Shown one piece after another: positions 8,834 through 16,565 of a stretch of DNA of 63,048 nt (position 1 is its first letter; every line of letters begins with the position of its first letter). The notes under the pieces were generated by a model that saw only the letters and a list, made by a program, of their open reading frames with translations, was not told the DNA's origin and made no database searches. This stretch comes from Nanobdellota archaeon (GTDB lineage: Archaea; Nanobdellota; Nanobdellia; Pacearchaeales; GW2011-AR1). The stretch is taken from assembly GCA_018817405.1 (NCBI GenBank), contig JAHITZ010000042.1, positions 1 to 63,048 on the forward strand, written 5' to 3'. The position numbers and the translations under genes are program-made.

Positions 8834-8936
8834 GTTAAGTCAATTTCTCAATCGGACACTGGATTTGAGAATGAATACAAGATTGCAGCTTCAACATTAT
8901 CCACGTCCCTAATTATTAATAATAAATCTGTCTTGT
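8834..8936. repeat. Dispersed intergenic repeat, copy 2 of 3
   Basis: Same invariant cores as copies 1 and 3; similarity to copy 3 extends ~45 nt further right. Confidence 0.85.
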
Positions 8937-9160
8937 TGTTTATTAAGTGTATCATAGTTTCCAGTTTAAATGTTTGTTTCACAAAAACAGCTTTGTCCTG
9001 AGTAGAGTGATTTCACTAAATTTGGGGTTGGGCAGGGGGTGGAAGGCGGGTTTTCGATGACAGTCGAACTTAGTAGGAATACGAAATCACCAAAGTCTTA
9101 TTATTCCGGACAACTCCACAAAAACACAACCTTTAAAAAACCCCTGAAATTAAATGTGGT

Positions 9161-9298
9161 ATGGCGCAGTATAAATGTTTTGAATGTGAGAAGTCAATCA
9201 GCAGCAAGGTCTTAGAAAAGAGATTTGTCTGCCCTCATTGCGGTTCTAGAATATTTTACAAGCCAAGGAATAAGATAGTTAAATTGAAAGCAATCTGA
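9161..9298 (+). CDS. rpoP: DNA-directed RNA polymerase subunit P (Rpo12)
   Basis: Translated by hand: MAQYKCFECEK...FVCPHCGSRIFYKPRNKIVKLKAI; C4 zinc ribbon; conserved synteny with prefoldin beta. Confidence 0.93.
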   Translation: MAQYKCFECEKSISSKVLEKRFVCPHCGSRIFYKPRNKIVKLKAI

Positions 9299-9300
9299 TT

Positions 9301-9639
9301 ATGAATCCTGATTTAGAGATTAATAAAAAAATAGAAGAATTGCAGGTTCTTGAGAGTCATCTTCAGAGGATTTTAGCTCAAAAGCAAAGTGTGCAGATAG
9401 AACTTAATGAAATTGATAATGCTCTTGAGGAATTAAAAAATTCTGATGAAGAGGCTTACAAAATTGTCTCAGGGTTTATGATAAAGTCTACAAAGGATAA
9501 ATTAGGAAATGAATTAAAAGAGAAAAAGAAATTGTTTGAAATGAGAATGGAGTCTGTAGAAAAGCAAGAAGAAATAATTGAGAAGAATGCGGAAAAATTA
9601 AGGGAAGAGGTTAAATCTGTTGTTTCTAAGGGTAAATAA
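9301..9639 (+). CDS. pfdB: Prefoldin beta subunit
   Basis: Coiled coil-hairpin (ALEEL...AYKIVSGFMIK)-coiled coil; follows rpoP. Confidence 0.9.
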   Translation: MNPDLEINKKIEELQVLESHLQRILAQKQSVQIELNEIDNALEELKNSDEEAYKIVSGFMIKSTKDKLGNELKEKKKLFEMRMESVEKQEEIIEKNAEKLREEVKSVVSKGK

Positions 9640-9826
9640 GGAAAAATAAGGTCTATGAAAACCGAATGCATTTGATATACTGCAGGAGATAATTATTATA
9701 GAACTATCTTCTTTGAAGCTGTTGTTTGGTATAATCTTTCTGATAAAACAGGTTGGCTGTTTTTCTTATACTACAAGTCGTCTGCCATACAATAATATTT
9801 ATATAGTCTGGTAGCGGAAAAGATTT

Positions 9827-10204
9827 ATGGCTTTTAATTTCAAAGGAATGTTTGGAAAGGGTGAAGAGGAAGAATATATTGAGCTTGACCTTGATTCTGT
9901 TGCACCTCAAGAAAATAAGGTGATTGTTAAGCCGTTCGTTTTAAGAGATTATGACGGAACGGAAGAAATTTTAAATTCTTTAAGAACAGGTTATACAATT
10001 GCAATCATTGATATCAAACCATTAAAAACAAAAGATATAATTGAACTGAAAAGGGCCATTTCAAAGATAAAAAAGACAGTTGATGCTTTAGAAGGAACAA
10101 TTGCAGGTTTTGGAGATAGTATAATTCTTGCAACGCCACAGTTTGCGCAGGTCCATAAGCCGACTGCTCCGCAGAAGAAGAGTAAGCTGGATTATTTTGG
10201 TTGA
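9827..10204 (+). CDS. sepF: Cell division protein SepF (archaeal DUF552 type)
   Basis: N-terminal amphipathic helix, EYIELD, LRTGYTIAIIDI, LKRAISKIK, GTIAGFG and ILATP motifs. Confidence 0.88.
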   Translation: MAFNFKGMFGKGEEEEYIELDLDSVAPQENKVIVKPFVLRDYDGTEEILNSLRTGYTIAIIDIKPLKTKDIIELKRAISKIKKTVDALEGTIAGFGDSIILATPQFAQVHKPTAPQKKSKLDYFG

Positions 10205-10340
10205 TTTTTGGAGTGAATAGTTATTTGGTTTTTTTGTATATTCTTCTCTAGAATGGTAAAACAGATAGTACATTGTTAACTTAGCGGTTGGTAAAACAAA
10301 CTACAAAAATATTTAAACACAAAACTCATATTTTTATCAT

Positions 10341-10417
10341 GGTTACGGCACAGAGGGATTTCTGCTAACTTTAACATCCTAAATTAAGTTAGTTCTAACC
10401 TCTCTGTGCCGATTTCC
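10341..10417 (+). ncRNA. Putative hairpin small RNA inside the transposon left end
   Basis: 12-bp stem CGGCACAGAGGG/CTCTCTGTGCCG with inner stem CTAACTTTAA/TTAAGTTAG; TTTAAA box ~25 nt upstream. Confidence 0.5.
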
Positions 10418-10573
10418 GAGTCACCCAAACCTTTAAATATATAATAGATATATGTTTTCTCAAGGATGTTAAGGTTGGAATAGCAACTACAAGGTCGTTG
10501 TTGCTTGTAGCTTGACAAACTTATGTTTACCAAAGAGGTGAACATTAAATTAAATTGCAGGAGGAAAAAATAA

Positions 10574-11515
10574 ATGCAAAAACAAATAGAAGTGAAGACA
10601 GAGCAAGGCATTAATCTAAGCCAAAGAATAATTATGCCGACACATAGAGAGCTGTTGAAGTCAAAGCAGTATAATCTGCCGATAGTTTCTCTAAGTCCGT
10701 TTGCTGTTTTTGTTAAGAAAATGGCTTCAACGCAGAGACATAATTGGACAGGCAACGTTAATGTTGATAAGCAAGCGATACAAGAGGTATGCAAGGATTT
10801 TGGTTCATACGATTTCTTAATAAATTTTCAGTTTAAGAAACAAATTGACTTTAATCAAAGTGAGATGGATTACTTAGAGCAAGTTCAACAAATCCCAGAA
10901 CTGTCGTATATCTGCATGAATGAAAAAAGTGCAAACCAAACGGCACAGGAATTTGAACAACAACTTAGTGGCTGGAAATTACGAAACACTGGAAAGTTCA
11001 TCGTTCCAGTTATAGAATCTTCAACCAATGAAAAAGTTAAGAAAGTCGCAATAATGAAACGAGAAGGTATAAGGAGATGTGCCATTATTTTCCGAAGTTT
11101 TATAACCGAAGATGACAGAGCAGATTTAAGCCGAATATTAGCCAACCTAAGAATAGCCAATATCTATTCAATGGTCTTCGGAGTTAATCCGAAAAAATGG
11201 TCTAAGACTGCGGCTTCAATGTATCTTCCGCCATTACAATTTGAAGCAAACGCCATATCATCTTGGATTGCGTGGGGCGGGGCAAAAGTTCCATTAGAGC
11301 TTTTATGTTCCGACTGGATTTATAGATTGTCCGATTCTGCCGACGCTGGTCTTGCGAGTTACAATGGTTCTGGTAGAAAGAATTTTCTTACTGGGAATTC
11401 AAGCGTAGCTTTCAATACAGCATTAAGCCAGATTGACACAGTAAACCAAGCGAGCTTACTAGCACAAAACTTTGTCTTACTGCCCGAAGTTCAATTTAAA
11501 CGCCTCTTCAACTGA
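10574..11515 (+). CDS. Hypothetical 313-aa cargo protein, possibly a TIM-barrel (TGT-like/beta-protein-like) fold
   Basis: Long ORF with a strong GGAGG RBS; alternating beta/alpha pattern (LINFQF, YICMNE, FIVPVIE, AIIF, SMVFGV); the fold is inferred only. Confidence 0.8.
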   Translation: MQKQIEVKTEQGINLSQRIIMPTHRELLKSKQYNLPIVSLSPFAVFVKKMASTQRHNWTGNVNVDKQAIQEVCKDFGSYDFLINFQFKKQIDFNQSEMDYLEQVQQIPELSYICMNEKSANQTAQEFEQQLSGWKLRNTGKFIVPVIESSTNEKVKKVAIMKREGIRRCAIIFRSFITEDDRADLSRILANLRIANIYSMVFGVNPKKWSKTAASMYLPPLQFEANAISSWIAWGGAKVPLELLCSDWIYRLSDSADAGLASYNGSGRKNFLTGNSSVAFNTALSQIDTVNQASLLAQNFVLLPEVQFKRLFN

Positions 11516-11713
11516 TTGGTTTTTGTCTGGGTAATAATCCCAAACATTAATCCATAATTTGTTGAGGTATTTTTTTATTTTATTTTTCTCTTTCTTTTTT
11601 ATTTCATTATTTTTAAATTTTCTTTCCAGTTTTGCGTCTGCTAAGTCTAATGCAAAAACTCTTTTTTCCCATTCAAAATATTTATCGTCGTTTTTTCTTA
11701 TTTCCATTTTCAA
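11477..11713 (-). CDS. Small basic hypothetical protein
   Basis: 78-aa ORF overlapping the RHH gene, apparently in the same minus-strand unit. Confidence 0.5.
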   Translation of the reverse strand: MKMEIRKNDDKYFEWEKRVFALDLADAKLERKFKNNEIKKKEKNKIKKYLNKLWINVWDYYPDKNQSVEEAFKLNFGQ

Positions 11714-11861
11714 TTAGCTTTAGTTTATTGGAGAATAGCCAAGCGTGGACAATCTCTTGGAGTAGTTTGGATTCTTTCATGGCGTATTTTTCCAATGCTT
11801 TATTGAACAAATCAAAATCATCTTGTTCCAATGTAAACTTTATCTGTCTATCCGATGGCAT
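11682..11861 (-). CDS. Ribbon-helix-helix-like DNA-binding protein, 59 aa
   Basis: Translated by hand: MPSDRQIKFTLEQDDFDLFNKALEKYAMKESKLLQEIVHAWLF...; beta-strand plus two helices typical of CopG/RHH. Confidence 0.65.
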   Translation of the reverse strand: MPSDRQIKFTLEQDDFDLFNKALEKYAMKESKLLQEIVHAWLFSNKLKLIENGNKKKRR

Positions 11862-11869
11862 TATTTAAG

Positions 11870-11921
11870 GTAGCTACTTTAATATATAAAAGTATCTACT
11901 TTAATTAATAGTAGTAGCTAC
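11870..11921. promoter_or_regulatory. Three palindromic operators with 22-bp spacing
   Basis: GTAGCTAC at 11870, GTATCTAC at 11892 and GTAGCTAC at 11914, between the divergent RHH and DUF2080 genes. Confidence 0.65.
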
Positions 11922-11964
11922 GAAGTATAGAAAGGTTTAAATATAAGATATATCTATTATATAC

Positions 11965-12132
11965 ATGGAAGAAAAAGTTAAGGAAGCGAAGAAAATTAAA
12001 GACGAATTAGATAAACTCGGAATTGAAGTTATCTTAGAAATAGAAGTAACTGCTTTCGGAACATCGGCTCACATCCCAATATCAAAAAAATTTATCGGGA
12101 GGAAAGTGTCAATAATCGTGCCAAAAGAATAA
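11965..12132 (+). CDS. DUF2080-family transposon-associated protein, 55 aa
   Basis: Translated by hand: ...EIEVTAFGTSAHIPISKKFIGRKVSIIV; matches the DUF2080 pattern; directly upstream of the transposase. Confidence 0.85.
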   Translation: MEEKVKEAKKIKDELDKLGIEVILEIEVTAFGTSAHIPISKKFIGRKVSIIVPKE

Positions 12133-12147
12133 TCATATTAAATTAGA

Positions 12148-12165
12148 GGGGAGCCGAAGCTCCCC
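12148..12165. terminator. GC hairpin between DUF2080 and the transposase
   Basis: GGGGAGC-CGAA-GCTCCCC; reads as a cUUCGg loop on the minus strand. Confidence 0.5.
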
Positions 12166-12189
12166 GTATTCACCCAACGCTTAAATCAG

Positions 12190-13134
12190 ATGAAATACAA
12201 AAATCATAACCAAACCAAGTATAAAAAAGTATTGTGTCCTAATTGTAATTCTGCCGAAACAATCAAATGGTGCAAGAGAAAAACGCAGAACCGAGGAGAA
12301 ATACAGCGATACAAATGCAAGTCGTGTAACTCGTGTTTTACGCCTGACGATGGATTTTTCAGAATGAGGAACACGCCACAAAAGGTGAGCCAGAGCATAG
12401 ACTTATTTTACAGAGGAGTAAGCACAAGAAAAGTCCAAGAGCATTTAGCTATCTTCCATCCCCACAACGCTTCTAATGTTTCAATTTACAAATGGGTTGT
12501 TAAGTATTCTAAGATGATAAGCAAGTTTACGAACAAGCTAAAAGTTACAGTAAGCGGAGAAGTTCAAGTTGACGAAATGGAATGCCACAGAAGAATAAGC
12601 CACAAGGCAAAAAGAGGAATAGATAAAAACTGGTTCATTGACAGCATAGACCCAGAGACGAAGTTTTTAATTTCTGGCGAGTATTCAAAGACAAGAGGAA
12701 AGCGAGACATTAAAGCAGTTGTTTCAAAGATAAAAGAAAGGACAGAAAACCAAATACAGATGGTTACGACAGATGGGCTTTTGACGTATCCAAAGGTGAT
12801 TAAGTCTGTTTGGGGTTACAATCATAAGTTAAAGAGATGTAATGTTTTTCATAACAAAGTTAACGCCTCAAAAGGCGAGGGCTTTAACCATCCAATAGAA
12901 AGACTGCACAACAGCGTAAGAGCGAGAACAAAAGTTATGCGTGGATTTCACGGCTCCATTAATTCCGCTAATGCTATTTTGAAGGGCTACGAGATTTATT
13001 ACAACTTCATAACTAAACATCAAGCGATTAAGAAATGTCCTTATGAGTTGGCTATTCCTGAATTGGCTTTGGCTCTGGAAAACGAGAAAAACCGATGGCT
13101 CGGACTAATTAAACTAAGCAACATAAACAATTAA
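12190..13134 (+). CDS. DDE transposase, IS1/IS6-like
   Basis: Zn ribbon CPNC...YKCKSC, HTH (GVSTRKVQEHL...SIYKWV), catalytic VDE / TTDG / PIERLH. Confidence 0.92.
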   Translation: MKYKNHNQTKYKKVLCPNCNSAETIKWCKRKTQNRGEIQRYKCKSCNSCFTPDDGFFRMRNTPQKVSQSIDLFYRGVSTRKVQEHLAIFHPHNASNVSIYKWVVKYSKMISKFTNKLKVTVSGEVQVDEMECHRRISHKAKRGIDKNWFIDSIDPETKFLISGEYSKTRGKRDIKAVVSKIKERTENQIQMVTTDGLLTYPKVIKSVWGYNHKLKRCNVFHNKVNASKGEGFNHPIERLHNSVRARTKVMRGFHGSINSANAILKGYEIYYNFITKHQAIKKCPYELAIPELALALENEKNRWLGLIKLSNINN

Positions 13135-13137
13135 AAA

Positions 13138-14385
13138 ATGAAGAAACACTATAATCTTATGATAGAAAAAGAGCAAGAGAGTTTCATAAATTGGGATTTC
13201 AAAGAAGCGGAAACTAAACAGTTCACTCACGGCTATCATACTTATCCAGCCATGATGATACCCCAGATAGCAAGAAGGTTAATTTATCTCTATGGTAAGA
13301 ACGCTAAAACCCTCTTAGACCCGTTCTGTGGCTCTGGCACGTCTATAGTTGAAGCGTCTTTAACTCCGCAAATTAAAGAGGCGTTCGGCTTTGACCTAAA
13401 CCCCCTCGCTGTTCTGATTGCGAAAGTTAAAACGACTCCATTGGACACGGCGGAGTTAGGGAGGATATTAGATAAGTTATTAGTCGCTCAAGGACACAAC
13501 GGCGTTCCAGATTTCAAGAATATAGAATTTTGGTTTAAGCCACAAGTAACCGAAAGGTTGGCAACGTTGAAAACTGCAATAAACAAAATCAAGAACAAAG
13601 ATGTTAAAGACTTCTTCTTGGTTGCGTTTTCCGAGACTGTTAGGAACGTATCAAACACAAGGAATGGCGAGTTTAAACTTTACAGGATGGCAGAGAAAAG
13701 TTTAGAGAAGCATAACCCATGGGTCTTTAAAGAATTTGAGAAGATAGTATTAAAGAATATTCATGGAATGAAAGAATACAACAAAGCAAGACACAAGACA
13801 AAGACTACTGCCACACTGGGAAGCAGTATGTTAGACTTGCCGTTGAAACCGCAGAGCATTAATTTAATCGTAACTTCTCCACCTTACGGTGACAGCAGAA
13901 CAACTGTGGCTTATGGGCAGTTTTCAAGGTTGGCTTTACAATGGTTAGACTATGAAGATGTGGCAAGTTTAGACAATCGGCTTATGGGTGGAAAAGCCAG
14001 CAAAGAATTAGAAGTTAAAATAAACTCCCCAACCCTCAAAAGCATTATAAAAGAAATTGCAGAGAAAGACGAGAAGAGGGCAAGAGAAGTTTTAAGTTTC
14101 TACGATGACTTTGACCAATGCGTTGACCAGCTAAACAAAGCTATGGCTAAAGACGGCTATGTTTGTTTTGTTGTTGGGAACAGAACCGTTAAAGGAGTGA
14201 ATATCCCAACGGACAAAATAATGGCGGAGATGTTTAAAGCAAAAGCAGACTACGAGCATATTACAACTCATTTACGTAATATTCCAAACAAAAGAATGCC
14301 CTCATTAAACTCTCCAACAAACAAGGTAGGCGAGAAAGTAACGACAATGTGCAACGAGTTTATTTTTGTTCTTCGGAAGAATTAA
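13138..14385 (+). CDS. Type II DNA methyltransferase, N4-cytosine type (MvaI-like)
   Basis: HGYHTYPAMMIP, motif I LDPFCGSGT and motif IV TSPPY; convergent with an MvaI/BcnI nuclease. Confidence 0.9.
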   Translation: MKKHYNLMIEKEQESFINWDFKEAETKQFTHGYHTYPAMMIPQIARRLIYLYGKNAKTLLDPFCGSGTSIVEASLTPQIKEAFGFDLNPLAVLIAKVKTTPLDTAELGRILDKLLVAQGHNGVPDFKNIEFWFKPQVTERLATLKTAINKIKNKDVKDFFLVAFSETVRNVSNTRNGEFKLYRMAEKSLEKHNPWVFKEFEKIVLKNIHGMKEYNKARHKTKTTATLGSSMLDLPLKPQSINLIVTSPPYGDSRTTVAYGQFSRLALQWLDYEDVASLDNRLMGGKASKELEVKINSPTLKSIIKEIAEKDEKRAREVLSFYDDFDQCVDQLNKAMAKDGYVCFVVGNRTVKGVNIPTDKIMAEMFKAKADYEHITTHLRNIPNKRMPSLNSPTNKVGEKVTTMCNEFIFVLRKN

Positions 14386-15152
14386 TCTAATTCAGTTATA
14401 GAAAACACCTTGCTTAAGTTATTTTTGTTTATCCTAAAACCTGAGCCGTGGTCGTGATTTTTCCCGATTAGCTTAGGGTTTTTAGTTTTCCTATAAACTC
14501 CCAGTCTAAAGTCATATTTTATTATTCCTTGCTTTGTAAAGTCCAAAAACTTATCAAATGTTAAACCAGACAATAGAACCGCTTTGTTAAACCTAAACAT
14601 CTCTTTTCCATTTTGTTTTTTACGCTCTGCACTGATAAAGATAATATACTTGCATTTATGTTCAACTATTTCTCTTAATTTTTCAAACGGATAAAAAGCA
14701 GTTATAGAAGCGTCTATTGTATCTTGTTCAAGATTTTTAATTTTGATAAATATTTTTTCTTCTGCTTTGCTAATGTCCAAAAGGAAACCAAACTTTCCCT
14801 TAGATGTGTTAAATTTGTCTGCGGAAAAGGTTGTATGTAAAATCTTTGAGTCTCTAAATTCTTCATCAAAATATCCAAAAGTTTCCCGTATAATGCTATT
14901 AACTCCTCTTGGGTTTGGAGATTTTGTAAATAACGTAACCATCGCCTGAGACAATTCTCTTGCAGACTTTAACTCAATCACTCCCTTATAGTCCGCGGAA
15001 TCTTTATTATTTTCTATAACTCCTAACAAATCTTCTGCTGTCTTTCCTATCCCTGTATCGTGAAACCTTCTTGAATCAATAAAGCCCATCTGTTTCAACT
15101 TTTCAAATTCTATTTTGAACTCTTCTAATACCTGCTTTTCAGAGGATTTCAT
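14382..15152 (-). CDS. MvaI/BcnI-family type II restriction endonuclease
   Basis: TGIGKTAEDLLGVIENN...AD...IELKS, TLFTKSP, FGY and HDHGSGFRI signatures. Confidence 0.9.
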   Translation of the reverse strand: MKSSEKQVLEEFKIEFEKLKQMGFIDSRRFHDTGIGKTAEDLLGVIENNKDSADYKGVIELKSARELSQAMVTLFTKSPNPRGVNSIIRETFGYFDEEFRDSKILHTTFSADKFNTSKGKFGFLLDISKAEEKIFIKIKNLEQDTIDASITAFYPFEKLREIVEHKCKYIIFISAERKKQNGKEMFRFNKAVLLSGLTFDKFLDFTKQGIIKYDFRLGVYRKTKNPKLIGKNHDHGSGFRINKNNLSKVFSITELD

Positions 15153-15255
15153 AAAAAACAGAGATAAGACAACCCTTTAAACTTTTCCACCAACCGTTAA
15201 GTTAACAATGTAAACAGATAGTGAAGTTTAAATACCCAAATTTTCTAAAAAAACC

Positions 15256-15730
15256 ATGAGAGAAAGTATAGATCGAGAAATAAATACCTGCCGTGATGTC
15301 TTAGAACAAACGTTAAAAAGAGTAGGTGATCTCCATTCAGCTTGGGAAATGTTTTCCCCTAATAACAACAATGTTCTGCTTCGTTGTTTAAAATATAGCC
15401 TTACTAGAGGTGAAAGGGACTATGCCGAAGCGCATTACATTGACGTAGAAAGACCATCAGGCCCGGCTCAGGATGTCACTGAGGTTCTTACAATTCTAAA
15501 CTCAGCAGCCAATAACTTTTACGATGCTGGGAGCAATAGCAGCCCAATTAATGGTCCCAGACACTGCAGCCCTCGCTTTCAGAAGCGCAGCAGACTGTTA
15601 CAGATCAATGCAAGATTGGGTAGAAAATCCACAAACCTGGATGCTTAAAAGGGAACATCAAATGATAGATCTAAGTGTTGCATGTGGAAGAGAATCAGTA
15701 CAAATCGCAGAAATCCAAAACAGAAATTAA
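15256..15730 (+). pseudogene. Frameshifted helical hypothetical gene
   Basis: ORF 15256..15648 (...AANNFYDAG) appears to continue in ORF 15524..15730 (AIAAQL...FRSAADCY); shift near 15530. Confidence 0.5.
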
Positions 15731-15864
15731 AATTAAATCTATTATCTTCTTTATTAACAACTATCTCCTTGTTTATTTCCCTAATTTTCTTGGTAAAAAT
15801 CCTGAGTTTTTTATGGATGGGTCGTTTACCCGAAACTAAAAACATCCCTTATAATAATAGGACA

Positions 15865-16233
15865 CTATTTCTTAGCCAAGGAAAAAACAGTCTTCAAGGC
15901 AACAATAATTGTTGCAGGGACAAACATAACCAATAAAGCGCCTAGGACTGAAGAAACTATTCTTCCTATTGCAATGCCTCTGATTGCAGCGTCTAACACA
16001 AGACCTTGAATTCCTGCAAAACTAACTATTACTAAAGATACAGAAGCAAGAAGAAAAGTTTGGACTTCTTTTTCTGAGACGAAATAGCCTGCAACTAAGC
16101 CAAGCAGTGCGAGAATACCTAAGAGAAGGGGATTGGTTTGGTTTCTTCCGAAGATTCCTACCGAAACTGCAAGAATCATTCCAATTAAAAAGGCCCAAGC
16201 CCCAATCAGATTCTCTTGGTATTTTATTGGCAT
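15865..16233 (-). CDS. Hypothetical 4-TM membrane protein
   Basis: Four hydrophobic segments; IGAWAFLIG and FVPATIIVALK patterns. Confidence 0.85.
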   Translation of the reverse strand: MPIKYQENLIGAWAFLIGMILAVSVGIFGRNQTNPLLLGILALLGLVAGYFVSEKEVQTFLLASVSLVIVSFAGIQGLVLDAAIRGIAIGRIVSSVLGALLVMFVPATIIVALKTVFSLAKK

Positions 16234-16565
16234 TTTATTTACTTTTTTATTGTATAAAAGAAGGTTCTTGCTTTATTAAATATTTCGTTACTGCCAATTT
16301 CGGTTTAACGTAATATAAACAGCTCAATTTATTGCCCACCCTCTACCCCCACCAAACAATTATATAATCTTGATACAAAAAAATCCTGCGAGTGATTAGC
16401 GAGCAGATGACTGTTGTTTTGATAGGTGTAGGTATGTTACATCAGACGTTTACTTTACAGTCAGTGTGGTTTAGCTATTTTTCTGAATTTTTTAGCAAAA
16501 AAATGTTTTCCTTCCAGCACCGAAATATTTAAATAGGCGTTTTGTAACTAAAAAATTACAACAAT

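Larger units (their letters stand above)
10269..15212. mobile_element. 4,944-bp cargo transposon with an IS1/IS6-like DDE transposase
   Basis: TIRs TACATTGTTAACTTAGCGGTTGGT (10269-10292) and ACCAACCGTTAAGTTAACAATGTA (15189-15212) match 23/24; TSD AACAGATAG at 10260-10268 and 15213-15221. Confidence 0.93.

Noticed and set aside
10384-10794. 136-aa minus-strand ORF in the transposon
   Set aside because: Antisense to the 313-aa gene and its structured leader; no protein-like features
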